A DNA stretch of 64,000 nt, taken from positions 4,836,001 to 4,900,000 of the forward strand of contig CM120643.1 of NCBI GenBank assembly GCA_051362555.1. The letters run 5' to 3'. This DNA is from Lingula anatina (Eukaryota; Animalia; Brachiopoda). Under the pieces are notes generated by a model that did not search any database, was not told where the DNA came from, and was given only the letters and a program-made list of their open reading frames with translations. Both the position numbers and the translations under genes were made by a program. This document shows positions 12,858 through 26,767 of the stretch, piece by piece (the first letter of the stretch is position 1; the number at the start of each line of letters is the position of its first letter).

Positions 12858-15800
12858 CGGTAATGTGCCATGAATTTCGAACAGTAGAAAATAATTAAAT
12901 TTGGGAAAAGATCGTTCTGACCGAAATTCATGAAATGGAGGTGCTCAGAACTTCCAAACGTTCGATTTTCATGGAATTCTGTCAATTTTGACCGGAAGTT
13001 GTCTGTTCGTCGCTAGGCCTTCTGTTATCTTCTCCCGACGATCTATTTAGAGTTACCATAATGTATGATGTGTGAGTGTCGGTAATTGCGACCAAAGGTA
13101 TACACGTACTTTCACCCGATCACTGTGTATGGCCCATAGATAGAGTTGTACTGTTGTCTAGGGCCGCAAAACATCATTATCAGTAGTGTCATTTTTCAAA
13201 AGCGATTCTGGCAGCCAGAAACTAGTGACGTTTTTCAAAAACGATCCTGGCGCTCAGAACGGGAGTGGACGGAGGGAGAGACGGCCGACGATTAGCGTCT
13301 GCCACGGCCAGATTACCTTTACTATGGAAGCTTAGTGTTACCGTTGCTCCTTTCCGTGCACTGAAACCGAGACGACAGCCGATCAGTGTCTATGGTAGTG
13401 TCTCAGGTAGCCTTCATCTGCGATAAGTGTCTTCCGCGACCAGGTTCGTTGCCTTTACCGTTCAAGTCGGGCGGAGCTTTACGCGGGAATGCGTCCTCAT
13501 CTCGTCGTTCGCGGGTCGGTGTCTCCGACGCATACGTAGCCTTCCCTGCAGAAGCCGGCCTCGGCACTAGGGCCTCTCCTCCGTGCGGGGAGGCCACTAC
13601 GACCGCAGATCGGTATGTGCGGCGCACAGGTAGCCTTCGCCATGGCAGCCGAACTTTGTATTACGGTCTCTCTCCGTCGTGCGCTGCAACCAAGATGACC
13701 ACTGATTGTTGTCTGCGATCAAATATACTAGGTTTGAGGGGGGGGGGGGGGGTTTAGGGTCGTTTTTTTTTTTTTTTTTCGCTCAGGCAACCCAATCTTG
13801 ACCAGCAGCAGCAACTGATTTCCTGGCGCATAGTTGCGTCAATGTACGCATTTGAAAAGCGTGCACGTTTTGTCATTGAAACCATCTTCAAACAAACGCG
13901 AGAGAAAAGGCAGTTTTTATATTCGTTCAAGGGACTGGAAGATCGTCAATGGGAGATAGTGAGCGATCTGAGCGCGACAATAAGCCAATTTCCACACTAG
14001 TTCAAGGGACTTCGTTACTATATTCGTCAGCAAGAGATCGTCAGCGATCCGAGCAAGCATAGAAGCTTGGACTTTTTTCCATGCTAGAAGGCAATTTTCA
14101 TGTGGTCAGCAGGATATGGTTTGCTGGTTTGCGACAGGGGCGTAACCAGGCATACGCACGGATACACTGTGCGTATATAATTTTTTGGCCAACCATGATA
14201 TTATTCTCTATAAATCTAGTGTACTTTTCAAGGAATATTATCGAAAATCCACTTCGATTATAAGTTGTCACCTGAATGTACAAATTCTCTGTATAATTTA
14301 TATGTGCACCATTGTTCTGACACCCTTCTCGTTTGCTTTCACAGAACTGAGGTAAACAATACTAGTTACCATCTGAAGTCCGATCTTAATCGTCCATCTA
14401 GCTGGAACTTGCTTTACCTCTTAATTAGAGGGTAAAGTGCCCTTCAGCTCACAGGTAGCTTTTGTCTTGAGTGTATCGAACGCAATATTTATCTCGGATA
14501 AAAATCTACCTGTGTGTTATTTTCAAAGAGCTGCTCCAGCAGACCTGGGGGCACTAGATAAATCTGATCATCGGGCTAAACAAGGAGCCAGAGAAACAAA
14601 GGAAGATTGATTTTTCCTGCAAAGCTTCAAAGAATTTTGACACGGACTTGATCCAGCTTAACCCTCCAAACTAACGGGGTGGCATGGGCAATTTTTACAA
14701 AATTTACAAACAATTAAACTTAGATATATTACAATTTTATCCTTTAATATAATTTTGGAAGTCATGCACCCGCATGTAAGCTGGGTGATGTCAGTAAGCC
14801 CCTTAATAAATAAATATACCCTTATGAGCAAGGCTTTTCCCAGCGAACCGTCCAGCCGTCATTTGGACGGCCGCTGACATCACCGGACGGCCTATATTTT
14901 CAAAGACGGCTAGACTGCTTGCGACTTGACGTCTTGGCTTGTCGGGACAGCCGTGGACGTTGTAAGAAATTTTCCTAGAGTAATTTGACATACCTAGCTT
15001 TTATGATGCGTCACAGATGAATGGTACTACTTTGTAGTGTACGCTGATATTCAGTCACAACGAAACTACTTCCTAAAGCTTACAAAACACAATAAAATGT
15101 TTCTATGAACTTTAAGATACACATTCCACGCCGTATGCAGAAGTGACAAGAGTGACCTTCATGCGGTACAAAACACTAAGCAAACTACAGGCCAATTTGT
15201 GAAAGGGGACACCTTCCGGACCTTCATACGCACGGCAACTGACAAAGCTGATTGACAAAAAGGAAAATTTCAAATTTTCAGCGAGAGATCGTTCGCAATC
15301 CGAGAGAGACCAGGAGGCAATTTTCATATTTGTTAAAGAGACTTCGTAAGCCAAAGGGCGAGACGAGAACGCAATTTTCGTATCGTCAGCGTCGCAATCC
15401 GAGTGAAACGAGAAAGCTCATACTCTTTCAGTGACTTTCGTTTGCGGAAGATCGTCAGCCGGAGATCGTTCTCGATTGTTTTTAACCCCCCCCCCCCCAT
15501 TGGAATTTATAAATTTTAAAAATATTTTTCATTTCATTTGTACATTTCAAGGGACTTCATTAGCGGAAGATCGTCAGCGGGAGATCGTGAACGATCTGAG
15601 CGAGACAAGAAAGCAATAATGGTAATCTTTATTGCAGCTCTTAATATTGCTCTTTTGTTCTGTTACTGAAGTCTCTACTGTTAACAATGCTATTGTGCGC
15701 CTCAGCAAAACTACCGATCACTATCTCACACCAGATACTGCGGTAAAGAAACAACAGCCCGACAGTACAACTCTTAATAGATTCTCCTGTTATCTGAATG

Positions 15801-16099
15801 AATGGATATGACGATGTTGTTTAGCGTCCTAAACTAATTGTACCGATCGTTATCTTGCACCTTGGGCCGCACACGTAGTACTCAGGTAAAGGTACGCTAG
15901 GCCAACATTGCCGACTGTTAGATCTTTATAAGCGCGATAATAGCCCGGTGGCCGATTTTAAGGTGTACGAAATTCACGAAATCAAGATCGCGCAAAATTG
16001 CTTACTGGCCGAAATTCATGGTCCAGAAAAAACTCCAGACGGCCGATTTTAAGATCGTTCGAAATTCAAGAGCCGTTCGAAATTCATGGCACTTTACCG
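12858..16099. mobile_element. 3.24-kb non-autonomous DNA transposon, TA TSD (Tc1/mariner-pogo-like), nested in a minus-strand H2 element
   Basis: TA-CGGTAATGTGCCATGAATTTCGAAC ... GTTCGAAATTCATGGCACTTTACCG-TA (25-bp TIR, 1 mismatch). The flanks rejoin to the H2 unit (aatggcccgat-TA-tgccgatttt). Confidence 0.88.
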
Positions 16100-16244
16100 T
16101 ATGCCGATTTTTAAAAACTCAACCTGCTTTTAAGCAGGATTGACCACTCCTGTGAGTTTAATGACAATTGGCCTATCTGTTTTTCTTATATTGTGTTAAC
16201 AGTGTTGCCTATAGGCTGAAAAGTGAAAAAACCCTAACTACTAA

Positions 16245-17516
16245 AACAAGGCAGCAAAGCTGTCAAATGTACAGACAAAAAGCAGAAAACAATGCAAAAA
16301 AATAGGCTACTGTCAATTCTGATACAAAAGTACATTATGCTTACCTGCAAATTCAACATCAAAATTTAGGTATGCTCAACAGGTAATACCAATGTAAGTA
16401 AAATGTGAAACAAGCATAAGGCTTCAGGCCCATGAGAGTTCACACTTTGAAAGTGCCAGAATAAGAAAAATGAAAATTTTACACAAAATTGATTAAATTC
16501 AATAATAAATGATAACTCAATTGAGCTGGCTTTCTAATTTGAACTCCATGCCAATCCTACAAATAATACTTGTAAGTTAAAAATAATAATAATAAGTAAC
16601 ACAGTTTTCTTTTCATGTTTGTAGTAGCAGTACATTTTTGTCAATTTTGATGTAACATTACATAATCAATTACAGAATAATTATCACCAATTATTGACTA
16701 TAAATAGCATGGACACGTAGAAAATTTGGTTACCATTCGGCTTTATGTCCATGGGAGCTCTGAGTCCCACAATGAATATGCCAACATGATAAAAATGAAT
16801 ATTTCACTAAAATGTGTAACTACAAGAAAAAGAAGCAAATCAGACTGCTTTTCCAACTCGGCTGCAATTTAGTCCTGTGTTTCTTTTTTGAAAGTTTGAC
16901 AATCATAAGTAACATGGTTTACCCATAATGGTCATCATGGCAGCAGCACCCAAAATTGTGTTTTCTTCTATTTTGATGCAATATTATATAATGCTTAACA
17001 GCATAATGACCATCAATTTTTAATAATAAAATATACGTATCATGGATTTTCAGAAAATGTGACTAGCATGGGTCTTTAAGCCTGTGGTGGTTCTAAGTCA
17101 CACCTTGAAAATGCCAATATGTGAAAAATTAAATTTTTTACAAAAAAATGTTTAACTGCCAGAATAATTTACCAAACAGTCTGCATTGCCTACTGAAGTT
17201 GATTTTAGTCCCATGTTTCTTTCCTGTAAGTTTGAGAACAGTAAGTGACATGGTTTTCCTTAAATGGCCATCATGGGAGCAGTACCCAAAATTGGGGTTT
17301 CTTCAAATTTTGATGCAACATTACATAATGTTTAACAGCATAATGACCATCAATTTTTAATAATAAAATATTAGTACCATGGATATTCAGAAAATGTGAC
17401 TAGCAAAGGTCTTCAGGACCATGGAACTTCAAAGTCACATCTTGAAAACGGCGACGGCGATGACAGACGCAGGTGATGGCAATATGTACAGACACATCTG
17501 TGTCTGTACATAAAAA
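16245..17516 (-). mobile_element. H2 family element with both termini, internally deleted
   Basis: The 3' terminus is at 16245 (aacaaggcagcaaagctgtc) and the 5' hairpin at ~17484-17511. Confidence 0.8.
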
Positions 17517-18597
17517 GATCAAACTTTCAGATACATAATTTTATTATATTTCTGTATCTAGCATATATGGTGTGCTTACTGCATAGAATAGAACTATAGT
17601 GTAGCCTTGCAATTTTGTTGCTAACACTCAATAGGAATGTTGTAGTTTTAAAAAATTGCGACTAAAAATAATTCACAATTTTCCCCCATTGAAAAGATGG
17701 AGTAATTACTGTACTAAAAATGTTATCTGCTGGAAATTTCATTTATGCTTATGATAAAGTCTATCTTCGTTTGGTAAAGCAGCAGGTTGCTTTGAAAAAT
17801 TTGCATGATTGGTTGACATTTATGGTAATTATTGTTTTTGTTTTTTTTTTTGTTTTTTTTTGCACAATTTTGTTGATGTTGGCCCTATAAGTGCCAATAC
17901 GTATTTTTTTTATTTTAAATTTATTGAGTGGCTTTGTTTGGTAAAGCAGCATGTTGCTTTCGAAAATTGGCATGATCGCTTTACATTTACGGTAATTATG
18001 ATGTTTTTTGGTTTTTTTTGCATAATTTTGGAGACGTTCCTTCTCAGGGTTGACATAACAAGCAAAAGTTGTTACTTCTCAAATCTGTTTTAATTCATGT
18101 CCAATTTTCAGTTAAATATTTACAGTAACATCTTCCCAAGTGTTGAGCATACTGTTGAATATATCAGAGATATGACGGGTATCATTAAGCATTAGATTTC
18201 AGGGTACAGATGCTATATACACATATTCAAATGAACATAACATTCAGTCTAACTCTTAACAGCATGCGATATGCGTGTATTTGCTTTTCACTTGAAACAA
18301 AATACAAAATGGTTCATAATCAGAATTTTGTAAGAAAAGTCTATGGACACACTCATTCTGAAGTGTGGTATTTATGAGAGGCATATTTAAAGGTATTTGA
18401 TATAGTCTATATGTAAAATTGTTAATTTTCTGTCATAAAAAATTGTCATTCTCAGTGTATTAGTCCTTATCACTGGCACATTTGTTCACCCTGCAACTTC
18501 TGATTTGTAGTATTATTTTTCTTTGAATTTGATTTTTTTTTTTTTTTTGCTGTTTGTCTTGGCATACAGCTGTTCTTAGAGTTGCATACTATTTCAG

Positions 18598-18765
18598 ATG
18601 TGGTTAATAGACGAGAACAACCTGACTATATGTGCTGTTGTCACAGTTGGGATGCAGCTAGTCTTTTTCCTCATTGCGTACGGGTGTAGGTTTGACAAAG
18701 TAACAGACTTTGCTGGAGGAACAAACTTTGTTATCTTGGCGTTGCTGACATTTCTACTTGCACAG
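18598..18765 (+). CDS. DUF1295 / steroid 5-alpha-reductase-like membrane protein, coding exon 1 of 5
   Basis: tttcAG|ATG at 18598 encodes MWLIDENNLTICAVVTVGMQLVFF...FDKVTDFAGGTNFVILALLTFLLAQ. It ends at a cag|GTATGT donor (168 nt, phase 0). The DKxTDxxGGxNF motif is typical of DUF1295. The AG directly before the ATG implies an upstream exon. Confidence 0.93.
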
Positions 18766-19579
18766 GTATGTTTATGTTCCAAAGAATTTTGATTTGTTGG
18801 ACCTTTTGATATTTATCTGTACCACAGGTACTCAGAGATTGCATTATTCAAAATTTGACATTTGATTTTAATTAATTAATTAATTAATTAATTAATTAAT
18901 TAATACTGTGATTTTTACTTTCATTCCTTATAATTGAATGTGAAATGTCTAGTCTAGGTACTGAAGAGATGGGACTCATGGATTATGCCATAATGCATTG
19001 AAATACTGCATTGCAAACTCTAGTGGTACTAAACAGTTGTAAGAAATACAAGTTTATGATAATTTTACATGATTTTGGAAATTTTGTCATTTCTCAAACC
19101 CTATAATCATAGCATTAATTCATGGTATAAATTGGGTAATGTCCATTCAGTAGTAATGTGAATTTTTGATCTGCGAGACATAAAGCAGATTATACATATT
19201 ATTCTAGTAGGTGTTTCTTTACATGAAACATGTTGTACTTTATTTTGCTATTGTGTTGATTTTGATGATTTAGTTGTCATGCTATGTTATATTATTAAAA
19301 AAATATTAAGTCATTTACCCCTATGTATTTTTCTCAATATGCATTAAATAACATGTGTAGAAAAATTACTTTGATTTCAGAAATGTACAATTCATTAAAT
19401 ATGGATTATATTATTTATAGTCCTGTAAAATAATATTTTATCCCAATTGGTACTTATCACCAATTAACGTAGGGAGTACAACATTTCAGAACCATGCTAT
19501 ACTTTATTTAAACATTGGTTTTTATATGGTGTTGATAGGTAATCATCCAAAACCAACCTTATTAAGACAGTGCCTGGGT

Positions 19580-19581
<2 letters not shown>

Positions 19582-19629
<48 letters not shown>
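19582..19629. repeat. (TA)n microsatellite; others at ~29378-29430, 40630-40694, 52326-52396 and 60411-60475; (TTAA)n at ~18868-18903
   Basis: Directly visible in the sequence. Confidence 0.95.
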
Positions 19630-19633
<4 letters not shown>

Positions 19634-20488
19634 TTGCAAATAATTTTAATATCAACAGCATAAAAAGTATTGATAAATTGCTTAAAGTAGAAGAGTCATC
19701 CACCTCCCAGGGACAGCCCATTCCCCATGTACACATTAATTTTGATGGCCTATCTACATCTTTGATGATAGGTCTATGGATCCCTAAAGTTTCAACTTTC
19801 TCACTTGGTCTAGAAGCTATAGGAGGAGATAGTTGAAATTACTAACGAACAGACGCATGAATGGATGGAGGGATAACATGATCCCTGACTTTTGTCACAA
19901 AAGTGCGAGGATAAAAATGTTGTGAAAAACATAAATGCAGTGTTATTGTACCACCAGCGTAGGTGCTGGCAGTATACAGAGTTTTAGTTTTAAGGTCTCA
20001 TTTTATCTTCGTGAGTTTGGGGTCAATCTTGCATTTTCAAAGTGCATCTTCTTTCAAAATCTGGAACCATGAATGGTAGAGACCTCTTGTTTGTTGCATT
20101 TTGTAGAGCTTGTCAAGTTTTCCATAGGGTTTTTCATATGGTGTTGCACTATATCAAAAAATACAATGTATAAGTACAAGTATCTAAAAGTTCAGTGGTG
20201 AGATACGCCCATATAGTTACTATTGAACCTGAACAAAAGGTCATATATTGGCCATCTTACTGTGAACTTGAATTTGACCTTTGACCTACTTTTCATCATG
20301 AGCTGTATTTTGCAAATTTTCCAACCTGTTAATCTCCAAAACTGGCAGAGACATGCCCATAGTTACTATTGAACTTGAATGGGAAGCCAAGTCATATAAT
20401 GGCAATCTTACTTTGGCTTCGATTTTGTTTTTTGATCTACTTTTCATCATGAACTGCTCTTTGCAAGTTTTCCAGGCCTTATATCCAA

Positions 20489-20646
20489 GGGGCCGTAGCA
20501 ATAGTCCGAAGGTTCATTGGTCCGAATGTTCACTATAGAACCTTCGGACCAATGAACCCTTGATTAAAAAATCGATGAAAATGTTACCACTTTTCGGACC
20601 AATGAACCTTCGAACCCATGAACCTTCGGACTAGTGAGACGCCCCC
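20489..20646. mobile_element. 158-bp MITE with 8-bp TSD
   Basis: ATATCCAA duplicated at 20481-20488 and 20647-20654. Imperfect 29-bp TIR (GGGG.CGT..CA.TAGTCCGAAGGTTCAT) with internal ATGAACCTTCG repeats. Confidence 0.8.
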
Positions 20647-20767
20647 ATATCCAAAACTGGCAGAGATATGCCCATAGTTACTATTTACTACTCTTGCAAA
20701 CAAAACTGCATATTCCATTAACAACAACACATTGATTATCTTCATCTACACTTGAATTTGACCTTAA

Positions 20768-20984
20768 GACTGCATTCCCACAGATTTTAGATCGATCTAA
20801 AATCTAGTGGGGAGTCTCACTAGATTACTGTCAGCTTAGCCACCTTAAATGTCTGTCCCGCCTACTTAAAGCTGTAAGGGGGTAATTAACTTCGGTGTGC
20901 GCTCGGCTGACAGCAATTTAGCGTAAACCCCCAGGGAGTTAGGTCGGTCCAGTTGGATCGATCTAAGTCTGTGGGAATGCAGTC
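20768..20984. mobile_element. ~215-bp Harbinger-like MITE; other copies at 31262-31476, ~36204-36460, 36656-36822, 42255-42655 (tandem pair) and 61179-61393
   Basis: Copies share the core (GGGGAGTCTCACTAGATT...GGGGGTAATTAAC) and ATTCCC/GGGAAT termini, flanked by TAA/TTA. The TTA TSD is demonstrated at 61179-61393 by the empty paralogous site at 48251-48253. Confidence 0.85.
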
Positions 20985-21421
20985 TTAAACTACTTCTCCC
21001 CAAAAATACTCTCACCACATTTACCTAGACCTCTTTCTCCACAACTAACACACATACGGTGAAGACTCAATCTTTTCAATAAGGAAGAACTAACAATTTT
21101 TCATATACATATTTTTAAAATCATTAAAGATATATTGCTGTGTAGCATCATTGGTACTTTTTCCATGGTACTTAAAGAGCTATAAGGTCGCCTGTTTATC
21201 AGTTTTGTTGCTATCACTCAAAAGGAATGTTCGAACTTATAAGAATTTATGACTTGAAAAAATACAATATCTGTAAAATTCATAATTTTTCCCCATTGAA
21301 AAGACTTAGTCATTACCCTACATCCATAGCTTTCCTCAACTTGAACGCCCTTACCAGGAGGCAGTATTGCCTCTCTGATTCTCTAGTTGAATTTATAGAT
21401 ATACTTTGTTTTTAATTTTAG

Positions 21422-21583
21422 ACCTATACTGTGCGTCAGATAGTAATAACGGTACTGGTTTGTGTCTGGGGCATCCGTTTGTCTGGCTATCTCCTGTACA
21501 GGATTATCAAGATAGGAGAAGATTCCCGCTTTGATGACAGGCGAGACAGCTGCTTAAGATTTGCTGGCTTCTGGACATTTCAA
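21422..21583 (+). CDS. DUF1295 protein, coding exon 2 (absent from the ORF track)
   Basis: ttttAG|ACC...TTTCAA|GTAAGT, 162 nt, phase 0. Encodes [54 protein letters not shown], with the family WGxRLxxYL and EDxRF motifs. Confidence 0.95.
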
Positions 21584-22723
21584 GTAAGTTCCTGTAGTAA
21601 AATGTGACCTTCTGTTGACCTCATTGCATTAGTTAAATATGAATGACCTTATGACCTTGTCAAAATGTGACCTTGTGTTGACCTCATGTGACCTTATATT
21701 AATTTGTCATGTTTATGATATCATTTCACCAGTTTGTTTATATATGGTTAAGTTAGCACATTTAGATCTTCTTCTCAAAGGATTTTCATTTTGAAGCGAG
21801 ATTAGGAAGTAAATGGTTTGGTGCACATTTTTTGCAGACTAAATCTGTTCTCTGATATGCCTTTAATGTTTCAGGGTCTATATATCCTTGAAAAGTGATT
21901 TAGTTTAGCACTTTGCTTTGAAATCAGTTTGTGGCCCTGAAAAAAAGCATTATTTTGTCATTTTGCCCTTAAAAATCCTTTAATTTATTTTTAATGTTGC
22001 TGTATGAAGCCTGTGTATAAAACCTACAGATAGACTAGTGACAAAGAACAACAATGTAGCCAATGTCAAAACAAAATTTCCGATGGAGGAATAAACATTT
22101 ATTTACACTCGCCTAGACACAATATGGTGATGGTGATCTGAAATATAATTGAAACAAATGAAAGTAAAAGAATAAACAAATATAAATTTCAACTTAATAC
22201 AAATATCACAATGAAGAAATTACAATAAAACACATACATTAAATAACTGAAAATATGTACATAACAATGCTGCCTCCACTCTTTCGCATACAGTACTAGG
22301 AGTGTTCCAACCGTAACAATACATGGTGACGTTTTATTACCACTCAACAGAACACCAATCATCCAACATATGAGGGCGCCACTCACACCAAGACGAGAGA
22401 ACACAAAGTAAACAACACAAACAACTCAAACAAATGAAACAAACAAACAAAAAAATTGCCGACGACACTGTCAGCAACAACAACTTTCTTCTCAAGTCTG
22501 TTGTTATATTTCAAGTATGTGAATTCCCTACAGACATGCAGGAAGCATAACTATTCATATAAATAGACTGGTACATGAATGACATTTATGGACAAGCAGG
22601 TGTCAAGTTCCTGTTTTTGCCAATTTTTTGGAAAACAATTTTTTTCCTAAATTTATCTTGGAATTTTGTATTTGTATAGCCTTGTAATAGCTTTATGTAT
22701 CATTTTACATTGGTTGTGAATAA

Positions 22724-24160
22724 TTAGTACCGCCAGCGTGTACGCTGGCGGTACTCATGGTTTTAGTCCCGACCCGTATCGTACTGCTCCGCCGGCTTCG
22801 CCGGCTCCGTGGGGTGGCGTGGGATACAAGTCACCGTTACCGCTTCTCCTCCTAGACTGCACGGACCTGTGTTCCCATCTCTTGGATTTAGGTCACATAT
22901 AATCTCAACTTGAACCCCCTGGTTTTTTTGTCTCAGTCGGTGCATTCGCTTGGGTGTGACACTCGATGAAATGCACCCTTGTCAAATTTTTTGAAAATTC
23001 AATGCTATATATCTCCTTAACGGAAGGAATTATGGGAAAAATTAGTATAGAAGTCTGACCGAAAGTCATATATGAGGATTTCAAATATGCCTTTGGATTT
23101 GACCTTTGACCTTTTTTTCAAGGTCAAACAGGCCAAAATTTTCTAAAAATGGGAATTTTTTGCAAAAAAACTTTATTTGTGCCGAATTTCAGAAACTACT
23201 CAGAGTTTAGCACTCATATTATAGTGAGGGGATGCAATTAGGGATGCCTTTCATCTTTAGGAGTTTGGGGTCAATGGGTGCATTTTCATGGGAGAAACGG
23301 CCATAAGATGCCGAAACTGAAAACTCTCCCTAATTCTGGAACCGTAAATGCTAGAGACCTCTTGCTTTTTGCATTATGTGGAGCTTGTCAAGTGCAATAC
23401 TGGAGGTGGTGTCCATGTTTTTGTTTGCGATACGATCAAGGAGTTGTGCTATATCAAAAAGCACAACTGAGCAATATTCAGTGGTGAAAATAAAATGTGA
23501 AATACTCCAAAAGTAGCTGAGATACACCCTTGAACTTGAACTTGAATAGGAAGTCATATACTGGCAATCTAACTGTGACCTTGAAATTGACCTTCGACCT
23601 ACTTTTCCTCCATGAACTGAACTTTGCAAATTTTCCATCCCTTATATCACCAAAACTAGCAGAGATAAACCCATAGTTATTATTGAATTTGAATAGGAAG
23701 TCATATAATGGCAATCTAACTGTGACCTTGAAATTGACCTTTGACCTACTTTTCACCACTCACTGAACTTTGCAATTTTTCCATCCCTTATATCACCAAA
23801 ACTAGCAGAGATACACCCATAGTTACTATTGTACTTGAATAGGAAGTCACATACTGACAATCTAATTGTGACCTTGAAATTGACCTTTGACCTACTTTTC
23901 ACCATGCACTGAACTTTGCAATTTTTCCATCCCTTTTATCTCCAATACTGTCAGAGATACACGCATGGTTACTTTTGTACTTGAATAGGAAGTCATATGC
24001 TGGACATCTAACTGTCACATTTAAATTGACCTTTGACCTTCTTTTCACCATGAACTGAACTTTGCAAATTTTCTATCCCTTATATTTCCAAAACTGGCAG
24101 AGATAGGCCTATTTTTTTCTTTCAATAGATATGCAACAATGATAATGCATTTTCTGATCA
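22724..24160 (+). mobile_element. H1 element, 5' part with 145-bp array
   Basis: Near-perfect 5' palindrome GTACCGCCAGCGT-GT-ACGCTGGCGGTAC (22727-22754). Homologous to 45685-47382. Confidence 0.8.
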
Positions 24161-26302
24161 GTCCTACTGCTGAGGTAGGTGGTACTTATTGGAGTCAAAC
24201 CATTTCCACTGGGAGCAGACTTACACAAGGACCAGTAATGTGATAAAGGTGGCCTGAGAGAAGTTTGAAGTAATTGCCAGGCTGCTGGAATGGGGAAGTT
24301 ATGTATGGATTGCTTGATTGATGAATCTGCTTGAGTTTTATTTACTTATTGTGCTCACACATTAAAAGGCACCTGCTCGGAACGGGTCATGCACGAAAAA
24401 CCTTAAAACACATAGGAGAAGATATATGACAAAAGTTAAGGCCATCAAAGATATCGTTTATCTGTGCTTATTATGTATGACTGTTTTACTTTTAGGACTT
24501 GAAGCATTGTTCCTGCAGTGCTGTAAGTTTCAGAGTACTATATGATGACCCCATAAAGTGGTTTCATTGCCACTCTGGTTTTATGTGCCTTATTGATCAA
24601 CTGTGAGGGCTCAAATTGAATATAGCAGTGATAATTAAATCAGCTCTCTATCTTTAAAAGGCCACAGCACCAAGGGGATCCTTTACAAATGGTAGATAAC
24701 CGCACTGGGAAAAGACATTCATAGAAATGTTTTACATGTTTCACATGGTGTCTGTAGAAATGGCCGTCATCTGCTTCTTTTGACGACAACATCTTCGTAG
24801 TGCACTTTCAGTGATAACATGATAAGTGGAAAACTGTTTAACCTATTGCCTTTAAGCTTGCAGAACTGATGAAAATTCATAAAATACAGGTTGAAAATGA
24901 ACATTATGTGACCATTTTTCCAAAAGCTCTACTGTTTCTTTCACTATTTGCAGCATATATGCAATTGACCTTTGATGTACTTTTCACCAGGAACAGTACT
25001 TTGCAAATTTTCTGGTCCTCATACTTCCAAAACTAGCAGAAATCACTATTCTCACTGTTGAACTTGAATAGGAAATCATTTATTTGCAATCTTAATGTGA
25101 CCTTGAATTTGATGTTGACCTTTTTTTCTCCATGAACTGAACCTCCAATATTTCGATGTCTAACAGAGCATATTCACCAGAGAAATAGGCTATCCAGGTG
25201 AATAGCCTCTATTCTAATCTAGCTGTAAGCCATCTTAAGCTGTTGATTGAAGAAAAAGACACATGACATTCGCCCCATAGCTTCCAAACCATATTTTTGA
25301 CTTACTTTAAATTTAATGAATGGCTTTGATTGGTGGCAGGTTGCTTTTGAAAATTGGCATGATCAGTTTACGTTTACCATAATTATAATTATTATTATTT
25401 TATTTTTTATTTTTTTATTTTTTTATTTTTTTTGCACAGTTTTGGTGATGTTCACCCCATAATTGCCAAACTGTATTTTGGTTTTACGCTAAATTTATTT
25501 AGTGGCTTTCTTTGCTAAAGAGGTAAGATGCTTTCGAAAATTGTCATGATCAGTTTACATCTATGATAATTATTCTGTTTTTTTTTTCACAACTTTGGTG
25601 ATGTTGCCCCATAACTTCCAAACCGTTTTTTTGTTTTACTTAAACTTTGCTGAATGTCTTTGTTTGGTAAAGCCACAGGTTGCTTTCAAAAATCAGCATC
25701 ATCAGCATACATTTATGGTAATTATTCTGTTTTTTTTTTTTACGTGTAAAATTTTCATTTTTCATGCATTAGCAATTTCAGTGGCTTTTATATCACATGG
25801 AATTGAATCACTAGTTTATTGATGTCATTGTAAATATATATCTATTTTATTATGTAACAGCGCATCGGAATTTGTCAAAACATAATTTTGTGCACTTTTT
25901 TTTCTGCATTATGTCTGAACATTTCACAGCTTTGTTGCCTTGTTTCCTGTATGGTGTCTGTATATTTGTCAGCTTTGCTGTCTGGTTTAATATCTTTGAT
26001 GAGAAAATAAGGCACAAAAGGGCCACTTTTTCAGAAAAAGACTATCCCCCCTTTGTAATTGCTGGCTATAGGCCTGCATGGTATAGGATAATAATTGTCC
26101 CTTCTGACCAAATTGGGCTTTGATGAATGCTTTATCTGCAGCCTGTACAGTTGTGTTAAGTTTATAAAGACTCCCAATATTTGTCTTATAGCTAAATGCT
26201 GCACAGAAACCTGCGTACAGTGTGATATGGTGTAGCAACATCTCCATGGACTGATTTTCCATATAGACTATGCATAGTAACTTGTAAAACCCATAAGCCT
26301 CA

Positions 26303-26615
26303 GGCTGTGTTCAGAATAAAAGTTATCAGTCCAGCAGGATTGATCAATCTCTGTGGGGATCCTGTCTTAAGTACACTCAATGTAATCAGCTTTATTGTTT
26401 GGCCTGCTCCCTCAAGAAGCTAGGGGGTAAGCTTCTTCACTTCGTTTGAGTGCAACCAGTAGAAATGTGTCGAGATAACTTAATTGTGGATGCACCAAAG
26501 TTAATTACTCCCTAGCTTCTTTAGGAGGCCAGGCAGGCAATTAAGCTGATTTCATTGAGAATCCCCACAGAGATAGATAGATCCTGCTGGACAGATACCT
26601 TTTATCTTGAACACA
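26303..26615. mobile_element. Palindromic MITE
   Basis: CTGTGTTCAGAATAAAAG..TCCAGCAGGAT / ATCCTGCTGGA..CTTTTATCTTGAACACAG, with nested inner inverted arms. Confidence 0.7.
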
Positions 26616-26767
26616 GGGAGGGGGGGATATTTACAGTCAGTGTTAATCTTTGCACTGAATCTTAATACTGGATAGGAGCGGAATTGATGAGAGTTTGATT
26701 GATTCTTGTCAGTGTGTGAACTTTTAACTTTCAGCCAGTGAGTTCTTGGCTGATATCAATAGAAAAC

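Larger units (their letters stand above)
19944..21388 (+). mobile_element. Degraded H1 element in intron 1 with nested MITEs
   Basis: 5' TTATTGTACCACCAGC hairpin, 145-bp unit remnants, and 3' end GAGGCAGTATTGCCTCTCTGATTCTCTAGtt. Confidence 0.65.
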
